64,000 bases of DNA from Vicugna vicugna (GCA_013265495.1 MU058065.1:10085720-10149719); one strand, 5' to 3'; shown: positions 25,431 through 37,792, counted from the first letter of the stretch. The notes: generated by a model not told the origin, from the sequence alone. Made by a program: numbers and translations.

Positions 25431-26874
25431 CTGAGGCATAAATTACTTCTTATGTTTCATTCCCAGGACACCTGATGCCTTGTTATGCCCCCATGTGCTC
25501 AGTTATACACATCTCTAGAATTCAGTTGACAGTTTTCAGCTTGACATTCTCTCCTCCTGAAATAATTTCACACTTTAAGGCCCTTACTACTGTCAATTTT
25601 TATACAAAACTTACTTGGATGCTTCTAATTAGAATTAATCATAATCACTTGTGAGAAACTCAAATAGTGTTATGCAACTTATGAGACTTTAAATGGCTAT
25701 ATATCAGTTTATAACTACTTAATGGTAGGACCAGAATCCACTTGTCCTTGAATCTCCATGACCTACGTCAGCATGTAGAAATAGATATGGGCTCAATATA
25801 AATTGATTGAATTGAACAAAAGCCTGTCCTGGACTATATTTTATAGCCCCTTCCTTATTGGTCATTCTTCTGGCATTGCTTATGAAAAAGAACAATTTTG
25901 TGGCCAAGTATGATATATAACTTCCTTAGGTGAAAAACTCTTCTGTCTCTTGTTTTTCTTATAAATTTTTATTTTCTATGTTCAATCTGAAGTTAACTTA
26001 TTTCCACACAGAAAACTTTACATAAGAATGGACCAAAGATTGACAATTAGATATCCAAAACAATGTGTGCACCTGTGTATGTGTGATGTGAGTCTGAATG
26101 TGTATACTCAGAGTGTTACCTCTCAGGAACTGGGATATCTTTAGATATGCTGATCACCACCCACCGCTGCAGGAAAGATCTTTTTGTCCTACTGCCAGTT
26201 TCTGATTTTGTGATGGGTGTAAAATGACAAGATGCCATTATAATTTTGTTTTCTGTCAATGTCCTTATGGGATTTAATGAATGTGTCAAACAGTAGAGTG
26301 CATAGCATGCTTTGAGAAATAGAACATTTGTTTCACGAGGTAAATGTTGACACTCTTTTCAATTTTGTTAGGGGAACTCCTGAAACACTTCAGAAGGTGA
26401 GATTCTTGCATGGAGCCTGTTGAGCGTTTAATTTTCTAATCCTTTACTCCTGTAAAGCTAACTTAGAGGATGCTCAGATTTTTCAAATATCTTACCCAAA
26501 AGAATAGCAGTAGTTATTGGAAAAGCAGCTTGACAGCAATTCAAACACACCAACTTTGGGGTTGTATTTGAAATCTGATATGGAATACATATTTGAAGAA
26601 GCTAAATCTAGTCAAACAGGGCCAAATACAACCAGACATATCCTTGACTCTCAGTACCATTGACCTTCTTCTTACAGAGAGGGGTTTGGTGCTCTCAGAC
26701 ACTGAAATATCTGTAAAGTATTTCACAAGCTAATTTAACGAATGTGTCTCCATGACCTGGCAAACACAGTAATGTGTTAAAGCACTCTGGAGGTAGGTAA
26801 CGGTGACACCAAAGGGTTTCCCGTCAGGATGGAATGTTATCTGAAAACTTTGTTACACCCTCTGCATGTCAGTC

Positions 26875-27290
26875 CTGTCAGGCAGCAGAATTTAGTTCAG
26901 GGAGATTCAATACAGAGACTGAAATGAAGGAATTACTTATGAAAACCCAGGCAGAGGAAGTTATCATCACCTCTAACCCTAAAGGCAGGAGATGAAGAAA
27001 CTGTGAAATAGTGAAAACTGAAGCCTTTGTGGAGGAGCCTCTGGACAGAGGCTTAGTCACGGAGGGACACAGCCTCTCACAGAAATGCAGTTCAGGACAG
27101 GGGTGGGCGAGCAGGAGTTATGCCCAAAACTCTTTCTATTTTTGCTCTCTGATCTCCTCCTTGTACCTGCCTTGGACAGATCCAAGGAAATTGAGTGACA
27201 GATTGTGTAAGAGTCAACTTCTTGAAGTACAGGGACAGAGAAGGGCACGTAATCAATCTGCGAGGATACTAAGAAAATAGAGCTAGCACA
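26875..27290 (-). mobile_element. ERVL-type LTR (LTR33/LTR41/LTR50-like)
   Basis: Minus strand begins tgtgctagctctattttcttagtatcctcgcagattgattacgtgcccttctctgtccctg, similar to recalled LTR33/41 5' ends. Confidence 0.45.
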
Positions 27291-28493
27291 TTCTCTGATC
27301 AATGCTGAGTATGAGGAAAAAAATACAAAAATAGAAAACCAAAACCTTAACCTAGGGAAAAAGCAAAATGAACTTCTCAATGGAGCAGAAGTTGAAGAGC
27401 AATATAAACAAATGAACATGACTGAAGCTGCAGAATGTGTGGTGAGCGTGATTGTGAAATGGTCTGCACCTTCATTAGAGAAAGGGCAAGAACTAATAAT
27501 ACACTGCTTGATTTAGTGCTGTGGGTGTCATCTTTTCTCAGAGGGGCTGCCCAAAGAATTTGATGTCCACGGAGACACAGCCTTGGGGATCAGCGAATGA
27601 CCCAAGTTCAAAATGGACAAATCTTACGAATCTAGCAAGAAAAAATACTATTAAGAAAGATAGCAAAACTCAATAATAAAAATGATTTCACTTCAGATTC
27701 AAATTGCTTTATGTTATAATTTGCAAAATAACTGCATGCAAGTATAGCCAGGATGCTCGAAGTGATATTAGAAATAGTAATATAAATTGTAAAAAACATG
27801 AATTTATGAACCAAAAACTGCAAAATGAAATAAACACAGCTCAATGAAATATTGACCATAAATATATATGTGCATAGTTAAACTCCATAAACTTATAAAC
27901 TCTGTACAGCAGTTGATACATGAGAATTAGTAAATTTAAAAGTAACTTGTGGCATTCTCTCCAAGGCAAAAAGCTGTGTGTGTGTGTATGTGTGTAGAAA
28001 TTAAGAGGCATTGAGGCTAGATTGAGAGCCCCAACATATAAGACATGAGAGTTGCAGAGAAAGTTTTAAAAAATAACAGAGAAGATATAGTTAAAGAGAT
28101 AGTAGTATTGCAAATTCATTAGGATTCAAGAAAGCCCTGAGTCTTCAGATGACTATGTGTGCCAATAATTAAGCAATTAAACTAAATCAATAAATCAATC
28201 CATTCTTGTTACATTGGAACAAAGCTGCAAACGTCAAAGATAAAAAGACAATGTTAAAACCTAACAGAGTCTCTTCTTACTAAGGAACAGCAAATAAAAT
28301 ACCAGCAGATTTCTCATCAGCAACAATATATGTTGGAAGACATCAGATATACCTACAAAGTGCTGGTGAAAAATAGAAAATGTTCTTATCTAAATTAGCA
28401 TTCAGTAGCATGAAAAAAAAATTTTAAGTATTACAAAAATTAAGAGCACTTACTAAACACAGACCATCACTAAAGAATTATTAAAGGAACTTC

Positions 28494-28870
28494 TTTTTTT
28501 GTTTTTTTTTTTTTCAATTGGAAACATTAGTAAGTATAGGCAGGGAGGAGCTCTGGAAGTTTACTTGCTGCTTTTTACATTTTTTTTTTTTGCATTTTGC
28601 CATGCATAATACTTGCTACACAGCACTCCAAAAGACCCTGATGGATCTGAGTGCTTGTTCTTAGTATCAAGACCCCTAAGCATACACATGCATAAAAAAC
28701 ACATACATTAGATAAAACAAGTGCCACTGTTATGTAAATCCAACATATCATGAGCAGGTAGAGAAGTATATATTTAAAACAATGTATTTCTTTATTTTTT
28801 TTACAAGTTCCATGAGGATAGGGATCTTGCCAGTTTATTCTTTTTTAAATTGAGATGTAATTGACATATA
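28494..28870 (-). mobile_element. Retrotransposed insert: ~30-nt L1 3' tip, ~325 nt non-L1 DNA, poly(A) (probable 3' transduction)
   Basis: Poly-T 28494-28514; L1 terminus ttttttaaattgagatgtaattgacatata at 28841-28870; imperfect TSD aaaggaacttctttt (28483-28497) / aaaggacatctttt (28871-28884). Confidence 0.55.
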
Positions 28871-29228
28871 AAAGGACATCTTTTAAAGAGAAAAATCAAA
28901 CCCAGAGGGAGAGCATGGTATATAAGAAACAGAGAGAAATAGGGAGAAAATAAACCAATAACAGGTAAAATAGAATGGATTTTATAATGGCTCATTATAA
29001 AACCAAACAAAATGTTCTCTGCATAAAAATAAGTAAAACGAAAACTTTAGGCAGTAACAGAAAGATTGGGAAAGTAAGGAGTTATGTAATAATTTAAACT
29101 TGTTAAGGTTCATGTTGTCTTTAAAAAGATTAGACAAAATGGATTACTTTGAGTTTTATAAATGAATATTTATAACTAAAAGTGCATTTGAAAATTGTAT
29201 TTTTCAAGTTTTAAAAGTTTGGGAGAAA

Positions 29229-29420
29229 TAAACAAGATTATACTGTATAGCACAAGGAAATATATACAAGATCTTGTGGTAGCTGACAGTGAAAAAGAAC
29301 GTGACAATGAATATATGTCTGTTCATGTTTAACTGAAAAATTGTGCGCTACACTGGAAATTGACACAGCATTGTAAACTGACTATAATTCAACAAAATAA
29401 AATTTTAAAAATAAATAAAT
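29229..29420 (+). mobile_element. Lineage-specific L1 3' end (~190 bp), camelid-like
   Basis: aacaagattatactgtatagcacaaggaaatatatacaagatcttgtgg ... cattgtaaactgactataattcaa + A-rich tail; imperfect TSD aaaagtttgggagaaa / aaaagttgagagaaa at a TT/AAAA site. Confidence 0.85.
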
Positions 29421-29906
29421 AAAAGTTGAGAGAAAGCAAAGAAAAATACATTTGTAGCATCCAACCTATTAGAAGGATATAGAGGCACAGTGGAAAATAT
29501 TTATTAATCCAATACTGTAAGAATGGGGAAAACAAGAAGCAATGAAAACATGTAATAAATATAAAATATGTACATTTAAATCAACAATGACCATAAATGT
29601 AAAATATGTAATATTATTAATTGTATAAAATTAAAATCTAGTTATAATCTATTTGCAAGAGAATATTTTAAGAGGAAAGCCTACAGAACAATTAAAATAA
29701 CTAGGGAAAGTGATACATCATTCCAGTCTGTGACTAGGGTATAAACATATTTGTAATAACATGAAGAAAAACATTATGTTTTGCAGAATAGCTCATGAAA
29801 AATAACTGGTTTTGTTAAGATGGTCAATTTTACGGTACATATTCCCTAGCACAATTAAAAGAAAAAAGAGTATGTCTTTATTTGCATTTAAATAAAGTCC
29901 AACACA

Positions 29907-29908
<2 letters not shown>

Positions 29909-29976
<68 letters not shown>
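29909..29976. repeat. Compound microsatellite (CT)14(CA)20
   Basis: Read directly from the sequence. Confidence 0.97.
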
Positions 29977-29978
<2 letters not shown>

Positions 29979-30377
29979 GGGACATGTTGGAAAAATAATG
30001 TTGAAGTCGACTGCTCAAAGTCTGCGTAACTTCATAATTAATTAAGAGGGTGTAAAGAAGTTCAAATAAGTCAGTAATCACAAAGTATGCAAATAGACTA
30101 AATTAGCAAGTTGAAAATAGAGATTGTCATAGTATATTTTACAAATTCAATTCAATAAATATTAATGTATTAACTAAATGTTAATTTATGTTAATTTAAT
30201 AGTTACAACTAAAATGTGAGAAAAGATTGAAAAATATGTAATGTGGATACTAAATTAAATGAACCAGTGAAAAAAAGATAACCAAGGAAATGTTGAACTA
30301 CTGCACATCTACCAGAATGGCTAAAATTAATGATACTAAGGATTGCTGAGAATGTGAAAAAACAGCACGACCCAAAG

Positions 30378-30494
30378 GTATGCTACAGGCATCAGATTTG
30401 CTGCTCAACATCATACAATGCATAGGGCAGCCCCCTGCAACAGAGGATTATATCTTGCCCAAAATGTTAACAGTGCTAAGATTGAGATACCCTG
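30378..30494 (+). mobile_element. MER20 (hAT-Charlie) 3' half
   Basis: tgctgctcaacatcatacaatgcatagggcagcccc ... gcccaaaatgttaacagtgctaagattgagataccctg. Confidence 0.75.
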
Positions 30495-32744
30495 GTACAG
30501 CCTCAATAGAGATGCACAAAAATGTGTCTTCAGAGAGGTTGTATCAATAAGAGCTGATGAATACACACCCCTTTGAGACTGAATTTTAAGAGTTTACTTG
30601 CAATGTGTATCAACATTTCTAGTCAGAACACTCACCAGTTTCACACCAAAATTGTATTGATAACAGCAAAGGTGGCAGTATCTGTTTCCTTGTCAGAAAG
30701 TAAAAACAGGATTTCCTATCTCTCATAGGAGCAAAATGAGACAAGCATTCATCCCTCTCGATTGTTCATTGGTAAAATTCGATAATGCTAAGAGTTTAGG
30801 CTCGTCTGTCACAGACATTTAAGATAGGTAGCGTTTTACTTTCTGTGACCAGGAAGTAACAGCTGTAACAAGAACTGACCTCATCATATTTGTCCAGGCA
30901 GGTAAACACAGACACTGTCACTGAAAAGAGAGATTTCAGAGAGGGCACGAACATCACTTAACCGTAGAGATTTTTGCCATGTTGTATATTCCTGGTGGAA
31001 AATGGATAGGCCACTTTTAAAACTGTAGAGAAACATACTGATTAGAAGTGAATGATTATTATTTTTATCATGAACCTTTCATAATCAGAGTGATTCTATG
31101 GCCCACAAATAAGTAGCAAAATGTCAATCTAATCACACTGTCTGTTTAAATGCCCAGTGCCCAATGTAATCCCACAAGCAGTGGCTGTGGTATTTGGTAT
31201 TTGACAGGAGCAGGATGACTGAATCATCCACAACACAAATTAATTTTATCTAATATCAATATCAGTATTATATATATAAACCTATATTTATGTGTATATA
31301 TATATTTTCTATATTGGTAAAGTTAAATAGACTGTCTTACAGTGAAGGTTAAAGTTTGGTATTTTCTTTATGTATTTTCATGTTACATTCTGACAAGTTT
31401 GTAGGCAATGTACCACGTCATGAAGGAATATCTGTAAAACAAAACAGACCCTTCTAACTCTTCTCTATCATAACATATGATTTACCCTTTATATTAATAT
31501 ACAAATTGTACAAGGTATTGGGAATATACTGTCTTATTATAGAAGTCATCATTGTAGTTGGATGCAATTGAATACCACACATCTTGTGGTGGAGTTTATT
31601 AGAATTTGGTGACAAGAAGAGAAACTTGTTGAATTAGGTAGCATGCTTAATAGGTGGCAAAATTGCCATGTAGATTAACTATAGAAATTTATGAAGCAAC
31701 AGAAAAACAGGAAACTATGTCACATAGACATTTAGATTTTATTAGTAAATAACACACTACAAAATCCCCTGATTTCTGTAACTTAAGCTGCTCTTCTTTA
31801 TCTGAATGCTTAGGATACTTTCTCTGCAGCTTGGCTTTACATACAACGTTTAGTTCCTCATTGTCAAGTTAGAAAACATCTAAAGAAGTAAATAGATGCA
31901 GAGAATCCTGTTGCCTAAATAGCACTTTTATAAGAAAATTATCTAAATGTGGTTTTGAAATCATGGGGGGACGCGTCATAAACCTGTCTGTGAATCTGAG
32001 AGAAGCGTGATGCCAAGGGAGCCCATCTTAAGAAAAATAGCATCGTTTCCAGCTTTTCATTCTTTACACTGTGTGTGTGTAATATCCCTGCACTTGACAC
32101 TTTGTACAATAGAAGAGATCAAGACTGTTATTGCATAAGGTGGTTTGTCCAAGGAAAACATGACGATTTGTTATCTTAGCCTTGAAAATTACTTACATAG
32201 TGAATTGTCCATCTGCACAGACTTGGAATAGGAACAGTACAAACATCACATTTGGCCTGATTTTACCATTTTGTAAGTTTTCCGATAAACCAATCATAAA
32301 ATCCATTTCTGCAATTGATCACAGTCACTGGGTTTCTTGAATATTTTTCTTAGGAAAAAAATCTTTCTACTTTTTTTTTCTTTATTGCACTATTCACAGA
32401 GGAGTAAGTTTGACCTTAAACTAAGGACCTAATTGTCACATTATCAGCTGTATGTGGGACATGAGTCAAAAGGTCAGTTGGATGCTATGCACAGCACACT
32501 GGGCAACTGTCCAAGTCCCTTGTGGTGCTGCTTTCTTTATGTTGAAAGGAAGGATTCTGAGGGAAAAAAACAACAGACTACTATTTGCTCTAATTGAAGA
32601 ATCCTAAGAAATCCATTAAGGTGTACTATTTCTAGGATCAGTGAGATAAATATTATGAAAACTCAATTTTCTTTATCTGTTTCTTGCTTATTTAGCATGG
32701 CTGATGTTTGGAATAGGCACATATCAAGAGGCAGAATGCTGATT

Positions 32745-32937
32745 ATGGGTTAGAGGTGTTGGAGGCTTGGAGGATAATAGCTAAATTGTATAGTGATTTT
32801 GAGGTGATGAAAATGTCCTAAAATGGATTGTAGTGATGGTTGACAATTCTGTGACTATGTAAAAGACCATTAAATTATATTTATTAAATAGGTAGATTGT
32901 ATGCTATATGAATTATATCTCAAAAAGTGTTAGAAAC
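32745..32937 (+). mobile_element. L1MB/MC-type 3' end
   Basis: gaggtgatgaaaatgtcctaaaatggattgtagtgatggttgacaattctgtga ... tatgaattatatctcaaaaa. Confidence 0.75.
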
Positions 32938-33004
32938 AATAACCTCTTTCCAGGCTTATTGCATAAACTATTTTTTAATCTAGTAGGAAGTATAATAAAT
33001 ATAT

Positions 33005-33430
33005 GACTCAACACATTTAAGAAGATAGAAATTATTTCAAGCATCTTTTCTGATCACAGCAACATAAAACTAGAAATAAACCACAGAAAGAGGAGCTAGA
33101 AAAATGGTGAAATGGATAATAAACATGTTACTAAAAAACCAGTGGGTCAAGAATGAAATCAAAGAGGAAATTAAAAAATACCATGAGACAAATGACAATG
33201 AAAACACAGCCATACAAAATCTATGCGCTGCAGCAAAAGCAGTTCTTAGAAGTTCAGAGTGAGATAGGCCTTCCTCAATGAACAAGAAAAATCTCAGATG
33301 AACAGATTTACCTACAACCTAAAAGAGTTAGAAAAAGAAGAACAAACAAAAACTAAACTCAGCAGAAGGAAGGGAATAATAAGGATCAGAGAGGAAATAC
33401 ATGAAGTAGATTTAAAAAATAGAAAAAATA
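33005..33430 (+). mobile_element. L1 ORF2 internal fragment (end of endonuclease domain and linker), disrupted
   Basis: Translates LNTFKKIEIISSIFSDHSNIKLEINHRKRS* with the L1 EN SDH motif; then aaagaggaaattaaaaaatac and gaaaaagaagaacaaacaaaa. Confidence 0.9.
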
Positions 33431-33519
33431 GATTTATTAAAGAATACAAAAAGTAAACACAAACATCCATGGGGAGGAAACAAAATACTTAAGGACATTT
33501 ATTATTTTTGCTCTTAGAA

Positions 33520-34960
33520 AACTTTTGTCAGTTTTGAAGATACATTATGCTTATGCGCATGTGTGAAAAGCTTGCATATATAAAAAAATTCCAAACATGT
33601 GGGGACTCACCACTCATCTTAAGAAAAAGAAAATTATCAATAACTTTGAACTTCCCAAGGCTTTCTGAGATAATTTCTCCCTCTCTTCCCAAGTAACTAT
33701 TCTGAATATTACATTTCTTACTGCATTATATCTACAGAAGTCACTCTCCCCCATTTACACATGTGAACTTATATCTTAGGCAATGATTGCTTAGTTTTGC
33801 ATGATTATTTTTTTCAACCAAAGATGGGTTTATTGGATCATAACTCTACCTTTTTTTTAAAATTCAGTTACAGTCAGTCTACAATGTGACAATTTCTGGT
33901 GTACAACACAATTCTTCAGTCATATGCAAATATACATATATTCATTTTCATATTCTTTTTCACCATGAGCTACTACAAGATATTGGATGTATATCCCTGT
34001 GCTGTACAGTATAGACTTGTTTATCTATTTTATCTATACCAGTCAGTATCAACAAATCTCGAACTCCCAGTTTATCCCTTCCCACCCCTCTCCCCTCTGG
34101 CAACCACAAGTCTATATTCTATGTCTGTGAGTCTGTTTCTGTTCTGCATCATTTTGAACTTTATATAAGTGAAACCATACAGTAATTTTTTTGGACTTGA
34201 TTTCTTTTATCAATATTATGTTCATGAGGTTTACTAATATGATATCTGCTACTGTATATCATTCATCTTCATTACTATATAATATTTTACTTATGAGTAT
34301 TCTGAAATTTATATATGCATTCTTCTGTATATTAATTACACATTTCAACCTGTACATGTTCTCATATATGAGATCAAACTACATCTGTAGTTCATATTAC
34401 TCTTTTCCTACTTACATTTTAAGATAATTCTGCATCTTAATTAAAAACTCCTAGTAAAAATAATTTTACGACTGTATGACTTTTGTTTATGTATCGTAAT
34501 TTCCTTAAGCCATTCTCTAATGATAGAACTTGATTTTTCTCCAGTTTTTCCCTAATAAGAGTAACATCATGAATATCTTCACATTAAAATTTTTCTTTAA
34601 TGCTTCATTTTGTATTATTTCCTAAGGATAGATTCCCAGAAATAGAAATATTGATTCAAAAGGAATAAGGATTTTTATGACATTTTAATACTTACTGCAA
34701 ATTGCTTTTATGAGACTGAACTACATTTTACTTCTACAAATTCTATATGAAAATAGCTTTTGACTGCATCCTCTTGTCCTTGGGTATTTTCAGAAACAAA
34801 CAAATAAAAGGCAAACAAAAACTTTGCCAATTTGTTAGGCCAAAATTTGTATTATATTGTTATTTCATTTGCATTAGTAAAATGGATGGTAATTCATTAT
34901 TTGTTTTCTGCTCTTTTGTAAAGTGTCTGTTTATATAATTTGCCCATTTAATCCCACTGC
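33520..34960 (-). mobile_element. Old L1ME-type 3' region hosting a younger L1
   Basis: ttagttttgc...ttttgaactttatataagtgaaaccatacag, cctaaggatagattcccagaaatagaa, tactgcaaattgcttt. Confidence 0.6.
33807..34140 (-). mobile_element. Lineage-specific L1 3' end with a short extra 3' segment and second A-tail
   Basis: L1 body 33851-34140 (aatttctggtgtacaaca ... tccctgtgctgtacagta ... ggcaaccacaagtctatattctatgtctgtgagtctgtttctg); extra segment 33815-33850; imperfect TSD gttttgcatgatt / gttctgcatcatt. Confidence 0.8.
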
Positions 34961-35679
34961 ATACTTTTTTTTTTAATTTTAAAAAAGAGGCAGGACTACT
35001 ATTCTTCAGTGACTCATTTGATCATGCAGATGGTGCCAACCATAAAATGGTTTGTTTTCTAAACTGAATTGATTACTTTCTTGTGAAAGGACTCAGGGAA
35101 ATGAATTCTAAGTGATGTGACTTGTCCAATTCCCAGAAGCATAATGATTTCAGTAGGAAGAGTTATTTTTGGTGATGGAGTTTTCAGAAGAAAATATTTA
35201 TATATCTCTGAAAAGTCAGTTTTCACATGCAAATTTAGTCTTCTACATTATATAAAGAGTCCAGTTGTGGAATTGCCTCATATTTTTTCATCACTGACAT
35301 TTCAATATCCTTTTATTTCTTTCTAATCTCCTTTTCTGTTCTACTCAGCTCATGCAAACCAACAAATATTGGACCCAGCCCAAATTCCTAAAGATATTTA
35401 CTCAACTTTTTCCTCCTCTTAAAAGTGAATAAGAATTTCTTTCAAAAGCCCAAGTATGTGAGTTAGATCTTAGTGTTACATCTGTGACACTCACTTTTCT
35501 TTTCTAATGACTTCTCTCATATCCCTACATGTTTTAAATGACTCCCATTTCAACTCACTCAGTACAATGATCTCTTTCAAATCATAATTAGTTTTACTAC
35601 AGATACCACAAATAGAGACTGTAAGCATGTTCAAATAGATGATAAATTTCAGTATTTTATTGATATTTAATTCAAAATG

Positions 35680-35862
35680 TTGGAGTCAGACCAGCCTGGA
35701 TTCAAGTTCCATCTTTACTAATTTTTAGGTGTGTTATGTATCAGTTGTATGACACAGGACATTTCTCTGAGCGATAGCATTATGAGGACTCACTGACATG
35801 CTTAGAAAAGTTGTTCAGCACAGTGGCTGGCAGAGAGAAAGAATTCACTAACTTGTTGCTAT
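35680..35862 (+). mobile_element. MIR SINE
   Basis: ttggagtcagaccagcctggattcaagttcc ... cagcacagtggctggca. Confidence 0.6.
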
Positions 35863-36330
35863 TATAAGTCATTTACATAATTTTAATATTCTTTGTTTTC
35901 TCTCTTTTGGGAGAGGGGATCAAAACTCCCCACAATTTAGAAAAATGAAACAAAAAAGGCAAAAAACCCCAAGCAATAAATAGCTTGTTTAAAAAATATG
36001 TGCAAATTTTAGTTGCTGGATCAGTGGAATGACTTTTATTTATTTATTTTTCCGGTGTCATTAAGATAAACTGTAAGGCAATGGTTGACAACCTGTGTTT
36101 CACAGATTCTGAAGATTCTGCAGACTTAAATTAAGGGCTCCTAGCAGTAGAGATCAAACGGATAGGATTCCATCCCTCCTCTGCCAGAGCAGCTGCGCTC
36201 TTCTCTTTCTTTAACGTAGAGACAATATTTTGTCTTTTGAAGGAGGCTGCTATTTTGCTTCCAGATGTCAAAACTTCTCTGAGATGGATCTCTCAACTCT
36301 CAGAGCCTAGCAGAGATTTTGGAAGATGGG

Positions 36331-36507
36331 CAGGAGAAGCAACATTATTTGTGGGTCCCACACAAAATGAAAATGTAGGAACATTTATTTTTGCTGAAAA
36401 ATTATTAGGAATTCAAGACAGTGACTGCAGGCTCTTCAAGTCTGGGGCTTTTCTTAGTGTACAGCCTTGTGCAGCTACGCAGGTAGCATCCATGAGGCCA
36501 GTCCTGA
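36331..36507 (-). mobile_element. MER45A (hAT-Tip100 MITE)
   Basis: tttgtgggtcccacacaaaatgaaaatgt ... attattaggaattcaagacagtgac ... gcaggtagcatccatgaggccagtcctg. Confidence 0.75.
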
Positions 36508-37461
36508 GAGTGGGACAGGAAGAGGCCCAGGCACACACAACTGTGTAGGATTCTACTGCCAGGCTGGGGCAAAGGTGGTAGAAAGGGAAACAGCATGCTG
36601 CCAAATGCTTGTCCACATCTGCGGGTTCCTCCCCATCTCTGCCGCCAGTGCTGCTGAACTTCTCAGCCGCTAACTAACGGGCTGGCATTATTTGCAGAGA
36701 TCACAATACCACAACCCTGTTCTGATGGAAAACAGTAAATCAGCTTTAACATGTCAAACTAGGGGAAATAGAAAGCATTTGAATAACTGTTTGCAGGTTA
36801 CGTATATTCTTATAGTGCTCTCTGTTTCATTAAAATCTCATAAAAGATTTTAAAACATTCATTTAAAACTGGACACATTGAATCTGGGAGGCATCCATCC
36901 CCTAGTAAAGTCACTTGAACAGAAGTGTCCAGCAAACTGCGACTTCATGGTTATTTTTTTTTCTTTATTTCTTTTTTTAAACACAGGCAGAGCTGTTAAG
37001 TCTTGCGCATTGCATTGGACTGATGATAGCTATAACGAGGCTGAGCACACGTGACGTTATTAAAACTTTTTGTCTCCACTTCATAGTGGGATAAAAGGTC
37101 TTGTGGAAAAACAGACAAACACAAAACTGTTTATTTCCTAGTCAAGGGTTCATTTTTCAGCCACTTTCTCCTGGGTCTACTTCAAGAACGCCGTATCTGA
37201 AAGATTTTCAGAATCCACTATCTATGAACTCTGATTCTGTAGGCTTGCTCTTTAGGATATCACACTGCTGGATGCCAGATACCTCCCATTTTCTCTTTGA
37301 TGGGCTCGTCCCTTGCCACGTGGAAGCTGTATTGCAAGGAGTCTTCTCTGTCAGGGGACTCTTAGAAAAATAACACAATTAAAACAATAACCTCTTGAAA
37401 TCCGTTAGAGTGGTACAGCATTACAACATCTGGCATAAGGTCTAAACTCCCTCATTTATTC

Positions 37462-37790
37462 ATCAGGATGCTGTGTTGCTCTGCCCAGATCCCCCCCTTA
37501 GGACCGAGGCACTCACTCCCCAGCTGGAGGAAGGATGTCAGCTCATGGCTGGCAACTGAGTTCCTCCCCAGGAGTTGCCCTCGTCTAGGAGGACCTCCTT
37601 CTCAGATCAGCCTCCCTTTGATGACTGGTAGACACATGACCTAAAGGCTGATCCTCTCACCCCAGCTGAGAACACCTCTGAAGGCTACGCCAGCTTGAGG
37701 GCTTCCTGCGGAGCTGACTGAGGCTTCTGTTGTAGCTGTATCATAGACTTCTCCCTCTTCTTCCCTAATCCTACAGCCACTAATCCCGAT
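37462..37790 (+). mobile_element. LTR16-family ERVL LTR
   Basis: ggatgctgtgttgctctgcccagatccccccc ttaggaccgaggcactcactccccagctg ... ctctgaaggc ... ctgaggcttctgttgtagctg. Confidence 0.75.
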
Positions 37791-37792
37791 AG

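Larger units (their letters stand above)
27630..29760 (+). mobile_element. Decayed L1 ORF1 / HAL1-type element, interrupted by two younger insertions
   Basis: ORF1-like blocks gagtcttcagatga, caaagataaaaagacaatgttaaaa, cagcagatttctcatcagcaacaata, cacagaccatcactaaagaattattaaagga; resumes at 28871 (aaacccagaggga). Confidence 0.65.

Noticed and set aside
29793..30081. ORFs with CV and RE repeats
   Set aside because: Translations of the (CT)n(CA)n microsatellite.
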